DNA of 64,000 bases from a virus (IMGVR_UViG_3300032038_000051:12740-76739), one strand, 5' to 3'; positions 52,392 through 61,415 are shown, counted from the stretch's first letter. Made by a program: numbers and translations. Notes: generated by a model from the letters alone, not told the origin.

Positions 52392-52946
52392 TTATCCGCG
52401 CAGCTCTACGCCGTACTCATTCAGTACCCTTGCCGCTATATAGCGGTCATATGAGGGATAGTCGCTGATCCTGAAGTAGAACGGTCCGTCCCATTCGTTG
52501 ACGAGGCCGAGCGACACCGCGGCTTCGAACACCTCGTCCCCGTAGTTACAGGCCCCGTCCGCGAACCCGTCCCCACTAGGCGGAAGCTCATCGAGGGAGA
52601 ACGTGTCAAGTGCGAGCTCGCAGTCGAACACCTCATCCCTGACGTAGTTCGCGTAGTCTCTCACCCAAACTTGGAGCTCGGTGCTTGACTCGACTCTCAC
52701 TCTTGTAGGACTCACGACGTTGCTTGCCATGTTCGCTGCGATAATTCGCGATATGGCCTCGGAGATTTCGTTCTCCGACTCCTCTATGACGTGGGCGATG
52801 ACGTCTGGTGTCAGGTTATGTGCGTGGTACTCGCTTGCGATGTAGCCGCCGTCTATGTCGATGTGGTAGGTCGGGAAGTATCCCTTCTTGCCATTGTCGT
52901 TGGTGTATCCTGCCAAGGTAGCGTACTCCTCTAGCTTAAATTCCAT
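52392..52946 (-). CDS. hypothetical acidic protein (184 aa)
   Basis: ORF. Confidence 0.55.
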   Translation of the reverse strand: MEFKLEEYATLAGYTNDNGKKGYFPTYHIDIDGGYIASEYHAHNLTPDVIAHVIEESENEISEAISRIIAANMASNVVSPTRVRVESSTELQVWVRDYANYVRDEVFDCELALDTFSLDELPPSGDGFADGACNYGDEVFEAAVSLGLVNEWDGPFYFRISDYPSYDRYIAARVLNEYGVELRG

Positions 52947-52996
52947 GCTTGTCTCCTTTCGTTAGACAATCGCCCAGCGGGGGATGCTCTGTCCTC

Positions 52997-53221
52997 CTAG
53001 ACGTTCTCTACTTCTCTTATGACCCAGTGGACGTCGTCTATGAACGCCTCGCGCTCGTAGACGTTGGACTCTGCATGCCATCCGCAGCCGAGCAGGCGGC
53101 AACGCTCTTCCTCGAGCTGGGCCAGCATGTCACGACGCGCCGCATCGAAGGTCTCGAAGCAGCGCGTCCCGTCGTTGTCGAAGCGTCCGTAGCGGACGCA
53201 TATCACCACGTAGCCGTTCAT
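52997..53221 (-). CDS. hypothetical protein
   Basis: ORF. Confidence 0.5.
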   Translation of the reverse strand: MNGYVVICVRYGRFDNDGTRCFETFDAARRDMLAQLEEERCRLLGCGWHAESNVYEREAFIDDVHWVIREVENV

Positions 53222-53649
53222 GGCTCCCTCGCAATGACCTTGTTCTTTCCGAGCAGCTTGTCAATCTCCCGCATCGCAATGCTCAGGTCTATGCCGTCCT
53301 CGTACAGATCGTGTGCGAGCTCTGCGATGGTTCCGCAGTCGTAGCCGTCGTCGGCGATGCGCCATACGCCGTCCGTATGGTACTCGTCCTCCATGCACTC
53401 GTTCGTGCTGTGGTATCCCGTGTAGAGGGCATCGCCGAACTGGAATCCGTAGACGGTGTCCTCCTGATAGTGGTTGCCGAGCTCGTAGAACCCGATGAGG
53501 CAGCCGATGCAGCCAGCCTCGTAGTCAACGTCGTCATCGTCCGTCTCCCTGATCGAAAAGATGATCTCGCCGTCATAGTAGAGGCCGCCGTCGCACTGGC
53601 CGGCGGTCTTTGGGTCGTACTTCGTGGGCTTCCAGTCGAAGTTATGCAT
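53218..53649 (-). CDS. hypothetical highly acidic protein (143 aa)
   Basis: ORF; ETDDDDVDYE... Asp/Glu/Tyr-rich. Confidence 0.55.
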   Translation of the reverse strand: MHNFDWKPTKYDPKTAGQCDGGLYYDGEIIFSIRETDDDDVDYEAGCIGCLIGFYELGNHYQEDTVYGFQFGDALYTGYHSTNECMEDEYHTDGVWRIADDGYDCGTIAELAHDLYEDGIDLSIAMREIDKLLGKNKVIAREP

Positions 53650-53651
53650 AC

Positions 53652-54008
53652 CTACTCCTCATGTCCGATGCTAATACCCGTTTCGCTCAGCGAGCATGGC
53701 TCCCACACCTTGACTGTTTGTTCACAGGTCACTTTCCCGTCCTTTATGTCCACCGTGACCTCGTTGAAGTCCTCATCCTCGAAGCGATACCACGCATGGA
53801 GGACAAGCCCCTTAACCTCGTCAAGAGGCATGCCGAACAGCTCTACGAGGTCTTCCAAGATGTGCTCCGCATAGCCCCCGTCTCCTTCGTACTCGATTTC
53901 GTAATGGTCGTCTTCGTCCTGCACGAGTTTGTAGTCCCGGCTCTCCGGGTTTATTTTTGTGTCCTTCGGGAAGCTCGCACCGTAGCTCCAACTGCTCCAC
54001 ACGCTCAT
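53652..54008 (-). CDS. hypothetical acidic protein
   Basis: ORF; AAAGGAG RBS. Confidence 0.55.
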   Translation of the reverse strand: MSVWSSWSYGASFPKDTKINPESRDYKLVQDEDDHYEIEYEGDGGYAEHILEDLVELFGMPLDEVKGLVLHAWYRFEDEDFNEVTVDIKDGKVTCEQTVKVWEPCSLSETGISIGHEE

Positions 54009-54073
54009 TGCCGTGCTCCTTTCTCGTTAGCCAAATGCCAGGCATGTAGGGCACCACATGGGTGCCTCTTCTC

Positions 54074-54352
54074 TTAGTAGACGAACGTCTTGCTATCTTC
54101 GCTGTCGAAGATGAGGTACTTCTCGTAGTACCTCCAGTCGCATCCGTCTCCGTCGACCAGCACGCCCTGGTCTTCGCTGACCTTGACGGTGAATGCCCCT
54201 TTGTCTGCGCCGTACTCGATCGCCCAGTCGCTCCGGTGGGTGCCGATGAGCTCGACCATGGCTTCGTACGCCTCTTGTTGGGTCTCGAACACGCCCTTGA
54301 GCGTGCTTTGCAGGGATTCGCCGTCCCCGCTGTTGCAGATAAGAACAAACAT
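54074..54352 (-). CDS. hypothetical protein
   Basis: Internal start MFVLICNSGD chosen; the upstream part of the ORF looks like a GC-frame artefact. Confidence 0.45.
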   Translation of the reverse strand: MFVLICNSGDGESLQSTLKGVFETQQEAYEAMVELIGTHRSDWAIEYGADKGAFTVKVSEDQGVLVDGDGCDWRYYEKYLIFDSEDSKTFVY

Positions 54353-54354
54353 CG

Positions 54355-54597
54355 TTACTCCTCCGTTATGTCCCACTCGCGATCCGGCACCTCGCACTCT
54401 ATTGGAGTACCCTCGGGCGGTACGAGCCTTAACGCACCCTCCCAGACTCCATCGGGAACTCCTCCGTCTGGAAGCACTTGATACGGCTCTCCGAGAAGGA
54501 CGTCGTGAGCCTTGTCCCACGCGGCATCCTCGTCTGCCGCCTCTACCTCGAACGTGTACACCGCTGTCTCGTAGCACTTGACCTTGTACTTCGCCAT
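54355..54597 (-). CDS. hypothetical small acidic protein (MAKYK...)
   Basis: ORF; possible paralog of 54600..54842. Confidence 0.5.
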   Translation of the reverse strand: MAKYKVKCYETAVYTFEVEAADEDAAWDKAHDVLLGEPYQVLPDGGVPDGVWEGALRLVPPEGTPIECEVPDREWDITEE

Positions 54598-54599
54598 GT

Positions 54600-54842
54600 C
54601 TACACCTCCTCGTTGTCGGCAAGCTCGTCCTCAGGCGCGATGCCTTCTACTTCTGTCTTTATGTACTTGGCTCTGTATCCCTCGTAGTCGTTGTCGAACG
54701 AGTCGATGAGGTCCTCCCGCCACTCGTCGTTGTACTTGAGTTCCTCCGCTATGCGCAGCGCGTCCTCCTCTGACTCCGCTGCGATAACCCTTCCCGCCGT
54801 GAGGGTCACGTCGTACGAAACGTAAAACTTCTTCTTCGCCAT
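54600..54842 (-). CDS. hypothetical small acidic protein (MAKKK...)
   Basis: ORF; N-terminus resembles the adjacent gene. Confidence 0.5.
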   Translation of the reverse strand: MAKKKFYVSYDVTLTAGRVIAAESEEDALRIAEELKYNDEWREDLIDSFDNDYEGYRAKYIKTEVEGIAPEDELADNEEV

Positions 54843-54914
54843 GCCTGTCTCCCTTCGTTGGCCCCAGTGCCAATCAGCCCGCAGGCTCGTCTCCAAGCCT
54901 GCGGACGGGTGACG

Positions 54915-55388
54915 CTATTGGTAGGCGTATTCCTCACCTTCTACCCAATGGAAGTTCGGCATGTCCTTCAAGTCCTCGCAGGACTTCGGCTGTAGCCCGT
55001 CCCAGTCGTTCGGGAAGTACTCCATGTCCCCCTCGGTGGTGACGAACACCGAGATGTCCATGTCGAATAGGTCCATGTGCAGGTTGTACAGAGTCCCGTC
55101 CTCAGCATGTCCGAGGACGGTGATCCCGGGCATGTCCTCGTAGTCCCACAGCGCCCCGGCCATCGGGTCGTAGTCGTAGACCCGCTCGACGCTGAGGCCC
55201 AGATACACCTCCCAACCCCAGGTGCCGCCCGTGCACTCGCCGCGGCTGAGTTCCTCGACGAGCCCGTCGATGGCCTCCTCGACCTCTTCCGGGGCCTCGG
55301 GGAAGAGCGCCTCGAAGGTCTCGTGGCTAACGTCGGTCGTCATGAGGACTTCCCCGGTTATGTTGTCCGTTATCTTGTAAGCGACCAT
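54915..55388 (-). CDS. hypothetical acidic protein
   Basis: ATG after TTAAGGAGGAAAAA RBS. Confidence 0.55.
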   Translation of the reverse strand: MVAYKITDNITGEVLMTTDVSHETFEALFPEAPEEVEEAIDGLVEELSRGECTGGTWGWEVYLGLSVERVYDYDPMAGALWDYEDMPGITVLGHAEDGTLYNLHMDLFDMDISVFVTTEGDMEYFPNDWDGLQPKSCEDLKDMPNFHWVEGEEYAYQ

Positions 55389-55422
55389 TTTTTCCTCCTT
55401 AACAAACAGGGCACCTTCGGTG

Positions 55423-56280
55423 CTATACCGCCTTCGCCATCCACATTTCGTAGATGGCGCCGTAGTCAACGCCGCTCATCATTGCAAGATGCTCGAACAT
55501 CCGCTCCCTCACGAGCGAGTCCCCGACTCCCATCACCTCGTACACGTCGCATCCGCTTGCCAGTCGGTCGTAGAGCTGCTTGAAGGTGACGTCCGCATTG
55601 AGCTCGAAGCCCAGAGGGTCGGTCGGATACTCGCTCAGGTACCAGTCCCGGATGTGGGTGAGCTTGCGGAACTCGTCGTCATCTGCCGCCAGAAGCTCGC
55701 AGTCCAGCGGGTTGACCAGCTTCGTCGCGACCCTGGCTCGCAGCTCGTGGCACCGCCACTGACGCTTTCCCGGCTTCTTTGTTAGTTTCACGGTGCATCC
55801 CGCAAGGCTCATGCCGCCGCAGGTGACGCCGCTGTCCTCTGGTATGTGCCACAGCACCGACTCGCCGGGGGAGACGTTCTTGAACGCGGTGGGCGAGTCC
55901 TTGATGCGCAGGTTCTCGCGGCAAGCCTCGCGCCATGCCTTGGCATGCCCATCGCTGTCGTATTCGTCCGTGCAGGGGCACACCTCGTCGGCGAGGTCGA
56001 GGATTGCCTTCGGGCAGCCCTTCTCGTACGGGCTGCAGGTGTCGGTCATGTCCTTGTACCTGAACTCGTCGGCTCCCCTCGCAACGTGGATCAGGCTCAC
56101 GACCAGCCACGCCCTGCCGTCCCTCTCTCTGACGACGCCGTACCAGACGCCGCCCGACATAGTTGATTTGATGACCGTCGAGCCCCACGACTCGAACTCG
56201 CGGTCCATCGTCTTCTTTTTGTTGACACTACCGTTCTTGTTGAACTCGCAGTAGTGCAGGTCCATTCCCGTCCAGCCCAT
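55423..56280 (-). CDS. hypothetical protein (~285 aa)
   Basis: Start at MGWTG; Cys-containing. Confidence 0.5.
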   Translation of the reverse strand: MGWTGMDLHYCEFNKNGSVNKKKTMDREFESWGSTVIKSTMSGGVWYGVVRERDGRAWLVVSLIHVARGADEFRYKDMTDTCSPYEKGCPKAILDLADEVCPCTDEYDSDGHAKAWREACRENLRIKDSPTAFKNVSPGESVLWHIPEDSGVTCGGMSLAGCTVKLTKKPGKRQWRCHELRARVATKLVNPLDCELLAADDDEFRKLTHIRDWYLSEYPTDPLGFELNADVTFKQLYDRLASGCDVYEVMGVGDSLVRERMFEHLAMMSGVDYGAIYEMWMAKAV

Positions 56281-56282
56281 CT

Positions 56283-56786
56283 CTATGCCGCCTTTCTCGG
56301 GTCTCCGCTTGCCAATGCCTTCTGGTAGTGCTCGTTCGCCATACGAATCGCCTCGTCCCCCGTCTTGTCGGTGGGGAACACGTAGGTCTTGTTCTCGAAC
56401 TTGAACCCCGCCGCCAGGTACGCTTCGTGCCTGTGGAGCGCGTACCACACGAGCTCCTCCAAGTACTCGATGCCCAGCGTCTCTCCGATCGCGCACAGCT
56501 CCTTCCAGTTGCGGCGCGGGCGCTCGTCCCCGACGTACTCGGAGTTGTGAAGCTCGTTGACGTGACAACCGTTCCAGTCCAGCTCGTCGTCGAGCTGGAA
56601 CCACATCGCCACGTACGGCCGCTTGTCCCCCTCGTCGGGACGGCTGAAGTCGGCTGGTGCCCAGTAGAGCCTAGCCTCGGTGTGATACCCGCACACCTCG
56701 CCGACGAACCGCAGCCCGTCGGCCTTCGGTGTCTCGTTGGTGCGGTAGTGGGACCAGATCCCAACGCCTTGCTTTTTCGTTGCCAT
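56283..56786 (-). CDS. hypothetical protein
   Basis: ORF; AAAGGGAG RBS preceded by a GC hairpin. Confidence 0.55.
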   Translation of the reverse strand: MATKKQGVGIWSHYRTNETPKADGLRFVGEVCGYHTEARLYWAPADFSRPDEGDKRPYVAMWFQLDDELDWNGCHVNELHNSEYVGDERPRRNWKELCAIGETLGIEYLEELVWYALHRHEAYLAAGFKFENKTYVFPTDKTGDEAIRMANEHYQKALASGDPRKAA

Positions 56787-56797
56787 TTCTGCTCCCT

Positions 56798-57055
56798 TTA
56801 ACCAAGGACGGCACCCGCCTTGCGGATGCCGTTCCTCTCCCTTATTTCGTTCAGGCCGAGCAGGCCAATCCTTCGGCCCGCCCGGCTAACTTCGACCACG
56901 AGCGCCCCGTGGTCGCGGGCGGCTACTGTTTTGATGATCCTCGCGGCCTCCCTCAGCGTGCTTGCGGACGCCACCGCTCGGCAGCGTCCGTACTTCCCCT
57001 TGCTCACCAGCTCGTAGTGGGCGGGCGACGGTTGCGAGTTGTCGAGAATTTCCAT
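56798..57055 (-). CDS. hypothetical protein
   Basis: ORF. Confidence 0.45.
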   Translation of the reverse strand: MEILDNSQPSPAHYELVSKGKYGRCRAVASASTLREAARIIKTVAARDHGALVVEVSRAGRRIGLLGLNEIRERNGIRKAGAVLG

Positions 57056-57283
57056 TTAGATCACCTCGATTATCATGTGTGGTCCAATGTGGCCCGTTCG
57101 CCTCGGGTACACCACGTACCCGTCCTTCACTTGGCAGCTCCGTCGTACGACGTATCCGCGGGCCCGGAGCTCGTCGGCGAGTTCCTTGCGGTCACAACCG
57201 AGGAACATCTCCATAACGCCGCCGATGATGCACTCGCCTCGCTGCTTGACGATGTTGTCGACCTGCTTGATCGCGTTGTCCAT
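57056..57283 (-). CDS. hypothetical protein
   Basis: Internal start MDNAIKQ. Confidence 0.45.
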   Translation of the reverse strand: MDNAIKQVDNIVKQRGECIIGGVMEMFLGCDRKELADELRARGYVVRRSCQVKDGYVVYPRRTGHIGPHMIIEVI

Positions 57284-57297
57284 CTGCCCATCCTTTC

Positions 57298-57516
57298 CTA
57301 TGCCCTCCAATGGGGCACTTCCTTCTCGATGCCGTTGTGCTCGCAGAACCACGGCAACGGCACGGAGTTCGTGACCACACCGTTCCGTATCCCGAGCACT
57401 TGGAACACGCTCGGGTCTTTGGCACCCAACAGAAACTTCGCCGTTCGCTTGACCAGTTCGGCGTCGCCGGTCGGACGGAGCCATAAGGTCTCGCCGTCAG
57501 TGATTGCGTACTTCAT
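57298..57516 (-). CDS. hypothetical protein
   Basis: Start MKYAITDG after GAAAGGAGAG RBS. Confidence 0.5.
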   Translation of the reverse strand: MKYAITDGETLWLRPTGDAELVKRTAKFLLGAKDPSVFQVLGIRNGVVTNSVPLPWFCEHNGIEKEVPHWRA

Positions 57517-57586
57517 GACTCTCCTTTCTCTCGGGCAAGTACCCGTCTTGGAAGGCTGGGGGATTCCCAGCCCTCGGGGTCGGGCG

Positions 57587-57820
57587 CTAGGCCGACATGA
57601 CCGCCATGAACTCGTGCTTGCGTTCACGGAGGATCGCCCTCATGGCGTCGTCGCTCTCGGCCTCCGCCATCTCGTTCACGATGTCGAACAGTGCGTCACG
57701 CGCCTCGTCGTCGTCGCGGTCGTTGTATGCGTCCAGAAGGTCGTGACCGTCCGGACCCGCGAACACCTCAAGGTCGAACAACTCGTTCGCCCTTGCATAT
57801 GGTGTGTCCCAATAGCTCAT
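57587..57820 (-). CDS. hypothetical highly acidic protein (77 aa)
   Basis: ORF. Confidence 0.5.
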   Translation of the reverse strand: MSYWDTPYARANELFDLEVFAGPDGHDLLDAYNDRDDDEARDALFDIVNEMAEAESDDAMRAILRERKHEFMAVMSA

Positions 57821-57896
57821 TGGTTCTCCTTTCTAGTAGTCGTAGTCCCGGTTCGTGCTGCGGATAGCCTCGAGGACCTCGTCATGTCGCCACCCC

Positions 57897-58514
57897 TTAC
57901 TCGTCTGCCCAATACGTCCATGTGCGAACCTTGCTCAACCCGTACCGCTTGAGGTACGTCCTGAGCCGCTTGCAGAATTTCATCTGCTCCTCGAAGCAGA
58001 TCCGATACAGCTCGGTGAGGTCATCAATGGTCAGTTCCTCGTCGGTCTTCCTCCCGTAGGTGTTCCACCTGTCGACCCACACGACGTTGCCCATGCGGCA
58101 GTCGTCGTCCTGCGACGTGTACCTAACTCGGTTGAGGTACGGAGTCAGGCTGTGCCACGACTCGTCTAGGCTGTCCTCGGCCATGAGGCCGTCGATGAGC
58201 CGCATGATCTCGTATGCGTCCGTGCCCTCGACGTTCCTCCTTACGAAATAGTCCTCGTGCGTCGCCGCGTAGTCGGCCATCCTCCGTGCGTCGTCAGACT
58301 CGTCGAAGTAGACGCTGCTCCTGTATCCGAAGCAGAAGTTCTTCTCGATGTCCGGTTTGTCCAGTGTCACCAACGCGCCCCTGACGAACACGTAGGCGCT
58401 CGTCTTCTTCATGCAGAAGTCGACCATCTCTTGGTCGATGCTCCCGTCGCGCCTTCGCCACGCCTTGCGGAACTCGTCGGTCAGCATGGCCTTGTCTTGC
58501 TTCGTGAGATTCAT
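57897..58514 (-). CDS. hypothetical protein (205 aa)
   Basis: ORF. Confidence 0.55.
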   Translation of the reverse strand: MNLTKQDKAMLTDEFRKAWRRRDGSIDQEMVDFCMKKTSAYVFVRGALVTLDKPDIEKNFCFGYRSSVYFDESDDARRMADYAATHEDYFVRRNVEGTDAYEIMRLIDGLMAEDSLDESWHSLTPYLNRVRYTSQDDDCRMGNVVWVDRWNTYGRKTDEELTIDDLTELYRICFEEQMKFCKRLRTYLKRYGLSKVRTWTYWADE

Positions 58515-58569
58515 TCGATACCTCCCCAGTCATATCGAATCGTCAGTCTTTGTGCCGTTTGCTCCTTAC

Positions 58570-58881
58570 TTAATGCGGGATGCAGTGCTCCGTATCCCAG
58601 TCGGTCCAATACTGGCTCATGCTCGGCTTCCCCAGCTCGTGCGGGTCGCCTCCGTCCATCAGGAAGTCGAAGGCCGCGTTGGCCTCTGCTTCCGTCTTGT
58701 AGTCGTAGTTGATGCGCGCTCTCTCGCCACCCCTCAGAAAGTGGCTTTGACGCGGGTTTGCTTGGAGAGTTGCGTACAACGCCACCGTGTAGTAGGTGAT
58801 GCCGGGGTAGACCTTCGTCCAGTCCTCCACTTGGACTCGTCCCAACCGGCACTCTCCCTTGCGGGTTATGGTGTGTGCCAT
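58570..58881 (-). CDS. hypothetical protein
   Basis: ORF. Confidence 0.5.
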   Translation of the reverse strand: MAHTITRKGECRLGRVQVEDWTKVYPGITYYTVALYATLQANPRQSHFLRGGERARINYDYKTEAEANAAFDFLMDGGDPHELGKPSMSQYWTDWDTEHCIPH

Positions 58882-58891
58882 CGTTACTTCC

Positions 58892-59230
58892 CTAGTACCA
58901 GAGCAGTTCGACTGCGTGATTCCCGCGCTCGTCTATCAACACCGGGTACAGCCCCGGGTACTCCCACTTGAGGCCGTACGCCACAAGCTCGTTGTCAAGC
59001 TTCTTGCCGAGGGCGGCAAGCAGCTCTCCCTCGCGCCCGTGATGCTCCCACTGCCACTTGCTGTAGTGGCCGGAGCCGTTGGCGCGCATCTCACCCCAAC
59101 GGAAGTACCGTTTGCAGTAGCGGACGCACCGGTTGTACATGTGCTTGGCGGCGAACTCGTCGCCGTCCTTGCGTGACGCGAGAGCGCGGATCTGATGCTC
59201 ACGGCACGTCTTGATTTCGTTGAATGTCAT
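58892..59230 (-). CDS. hypothetical protein
   Basis: Start MTFNEIK. Confidence 0.5.
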   Translation of the reverse strand: MTFNEIKTCREHQIRALASRKDGDEFAAKHMYNRCVRYCKRYFRWGEMRANGSGHYSKWQWEHHGREGELLAALGKKLDNELVAYGLKWEYPGLYPVLIDERGNHAVELLWY

Positions 59231-59679
59231 TTCGTATCCCTCCTGAAATACTCGTCGCCCACGACCTTTCGGGGCTCGCATGCCATGAACCTTCGGTGTA
59301 TCTCGTCTAGGATTCGATGGAGGTTCTCGTCCGTAGCCTCGAGAAGCCAGTCGAAGTCGATGACCGGGCGCACCGTCTGGTGCCCGTTCCTGTCGGGCCT
59401 CCCTCGGTACGTCATCTCCTGCGGGTTATAGGCCCCGAAGCAGTTTCCCTTGGTGTCGTAGACGTAGGTGTCGATGTGCCACCACGTTCTGAAGCTTCCA
59501 TCGACTCGTCCGTTGCGCTTCCAGATGTAGCCTAGGCTGTGGCTGTGCTTGAAGTCCATCTCGCAGGTGTGGATGTCCACGAGCATGGCCTCGCCACGCT
59601 CGTTGGTGTCGGTGCAGTCTAGCCACATGTGCGTGGCGTCGCTGCGATATTCCTTGTGAAGCTTGAACTTGTCGTGCAT
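59227..59679 (-). CDS. hypothetical protein
   Basis: Start MHDKFKLH; ATGA-coupled. Confidence 0.5.
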   Translation of the reverse strand: MHDKFKLHKEYRSDATHMWLDCTDTNERGEAMLVDIHTCEMDFKHSHSLGYIWKRNGRVDGSFRTWWHIDTYVYDTKGNCFGAYNPQEMTYRGRPDRNGHQTVRPVIDFDWLLEATDENLHRILDEIHRRFMACEPRKVVGDEYFRRDTK

Positions 59680-59690
59680 GGTTCTCCTCC

Positions 59691-60155
59691 CTAGATCCTG
59701 TTGTGAATCCACGTGGACTCGTCGTAGTAGTCCACGGTCGCGCTGTAGTAACGGGTCTCGCCGTCTACGTAGGCCCTCGCGTATTGCGTGGTGTATACGC
59801 TGTGGTCGAACTCGCTCATGCAGAATTCGTTCACCCTGCAGCGGTGCTTCTCGCAGGTGCGGTCCACCCACTTGAGCGGCGGGAGGACGTTGAGCATCTC
59901 ATTGAACGTCTCCTCGTCCACCTCGATGACGCCTCGGGCCAGCGTGAACTGGCGATCTAGTGCTTCGAACTCCTTGAGCGTCATGATCTCGCAGCCATCT
60001 TCCGGATGGTGCTCCTGCGCCTTCCGCAGGATCTCCTCGGCTGTCTCGCCCTCACTCTCGTAGTCGTACACCACGGGCATGGAGATGCGGCGTCCGTCGT
60101 GGGAGATGTACTCCCAGCGGTAGGCCACCATCTTGGTGTCGTCGGTCAGTTTCAT
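59691..60155 (-). CDS. hypothetical protein
   Basis: Start MKLTDD after AAAAAGGAGAAGAA RBS. Confidence 0.5.
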   Translation of the reverse strand: MKLTDDTKMVAYRWEYISHDGRRISMPVVYDYESEGETAEEILRKAQEHHPEDGCEIMTLKEFEALDRQFTLARGVIEVDEETFNEMLNVLPPLKWVDRTCEKHRCRVNEFCMSEFDHSVYTTQYARAYVDGETRYYSATVDYYDESTWIHNRI

Positions 60156-60221
60156 TTCTTCTCCTTTTTCGTAGGCCAGTACCCTCATAGCCCGCGCCCC
60201 GCAGGACGCCGGCCTGAAGAT

Positions 60222-60262
60222 GCTGAATATTCATAAAGCTGAAACTCGTAGGATAAAAAATA
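60222..60262 (-). promoter_or_regulatory. AT-rich patch, candidate promoter for the leftward transcript
   Basis: gaatattcataaagctgaaactcgtaggataaaaaatatatg in a GC-rich background. Confidence 0.35.
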
Positions 60263-60268
60263 TATGTG

Positions 60269-60415
60269 TCAGTCAACCACGCGCCCAGTGGGAACGACGA
60301 CCACGAACTCACCCTCGTTCATATAGTCGCTTATGATCTCGCATGCCTTCTGGTACGTACTCGCAAAGACCCAGCCATGCCAGCCGTCCGGCTTGATGTA
60401 CTTGTATTCGTTCAT
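60269..60415 (-). CDS. hypothetical small protein (48 aa)
   Basis: MNEYKYIKPDGWHGW...; ATGA-coupled to the upstream gene. Confidence 0.45.
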   Translation of the reverse strand: MNEYKYIKPDGWHGWVFASTYQKACEIISDYMNEGEFVVVVPTGRVVD

Positions 60416-60717
60416 TTGAATGTCACCTCAATTCCATGTTTCCTGAAGAACTCGGTCACGCACTTGCGATACGCCCCGCGTGGCCCATCGATCTCGTGAA
60501 CCTTCTTGTACGCCTCGGAGACGTTGAAGCCCTCGTCCGTGACGTAGAGTGCCGTCTTCTCGCCGTCGAAGTGCGCGAGAAGCTCGCCCCATTTCCTGCC
60601 GTCGCTGTTGAGCGTCACCCCGGTGTACAGGCGGGTCCGCTCGTCGACCCAATCGGGCTTGCGGAGGCCGCGCCAGTTAGACGCGACGGTGAACTCGTGC
60701 AGGACGATCGTTATCAT
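60412..60717 (-). CDS. hypothetical protein
   Basis: Start MITIVLHEF after GGAGGG RBS. Confidence 0.5.
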   Translation of the reverse strand: MITIVLHEFTVASNWRGLRKPDWVDERTRLYTGVTLNSDGRKWGELLAHFDGEKTALYVTDEGFNVSEAYKKVHEIDGPRGAYRKCVTEFFRKHGIEVTFK

Positions 60718-61136
60718 TTCGCCCTCCTTCCGAAGGCTCGCTTGGCCTTCCTGAGATTCCCCGCCGCCGTCTTGACGGTCGGGAACTTCTGGAACTGGTA
60801 GTAAACCCTGCACGTCGGGCAGTATGCATCCACGAACAGGTACATCGTGTTCATGATGCCGTCGTACTCGACATCGCTTCCGCAGAACGGGCAATGCTCG
60901 CCGTCAGTGTCGGCGCGCTCGTTCCAGCGCTCGATTGTCTCCGACAGCTTAGGCCCTCCGATCCGGTGCTTACCCGCGGGCGGGTAGAACGTGAACTCGG
61001 TCTTACATCCGTTGCAGTACACATGATCGTAGGAATAAGGACCACCGGCCCTCCACTCGGTGTCGGTCGAGCCGCAGAACGGGCACGTTCTCTGCTCGCC
61101 GCCGTCGCTCGTCACATACGAACTCTTCAACAACAT
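60714..61136 (-). CDS. Lar-family-like restriction-alleviation protein with two CPFCGS zinc ribbons
   Basis: TCPFCGSTDTEW...YCNGCKTEF...LSETIERWNERA then HCPFCGSDVEYDG...YCPTCRVYY. Confidence 0.5.
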   Translation of the reverse strand: MLLKSSYVTSDGGEQRTCPFCGSTDTEWRAGGPYSYDHVYCNGCKTEFTFYPPAGKHRIGGPKLSETIERWNERADTDGEHCPFCGSDVEYDGIMNTMYLFVDAYCPTCRVYYQFQKFPTVKTAAGNLRKAKRAFGRRAK

Positions 61137-61219
61137 TTGAGCCTCCAAATCGTCACCAGCACCGCCGCGCAGAACGCGACGAGCGGCGCTATCAGAATCG
61201 TTATGAACTCGGGAACCAT
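61127..61219 (-). CDS. 30-aa hydrophobic micro-peptide
   Basis: MVPEFITILIAPLVAFCAAVLVTIWRLKCC; TGATG-coupled on both sides. Confidence 0.35.
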   Translation of the reverse strand: MVPEFITILIAPLVAFCAAVLVTIWRLKCC

Positions 61220-61302
61220 CACAGCCACCCCTTCTTGCAGAGCGCCGCGATGACCACTCCCACCGCCACGTATAGCGGTAAACATTGCGTGAGCCAATAC
61301 AT
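61219..61302 (-). CDS. 27-aa hydrophobic micro-peptide
   Basis: MYWLTQCLPLYVAVGVVIAALCKKGWL after GAAGGAGAAACG RBS. Confidence 0.35.
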   Translation of the reverse strand: MYWLTQCLPLYVAVGVVIAALCKKGWL

Positions 61303-61415
61303 CGTTTCTCCTTCTTTTGCGGCTCGTACGGAATCCCTCACCTACGCCCACCCTGGCCGCGAACGGCTAGGCGACTTACGCCGGGATGGGGTCGGATTGT
61401 CGGGCGTGGATTTTT

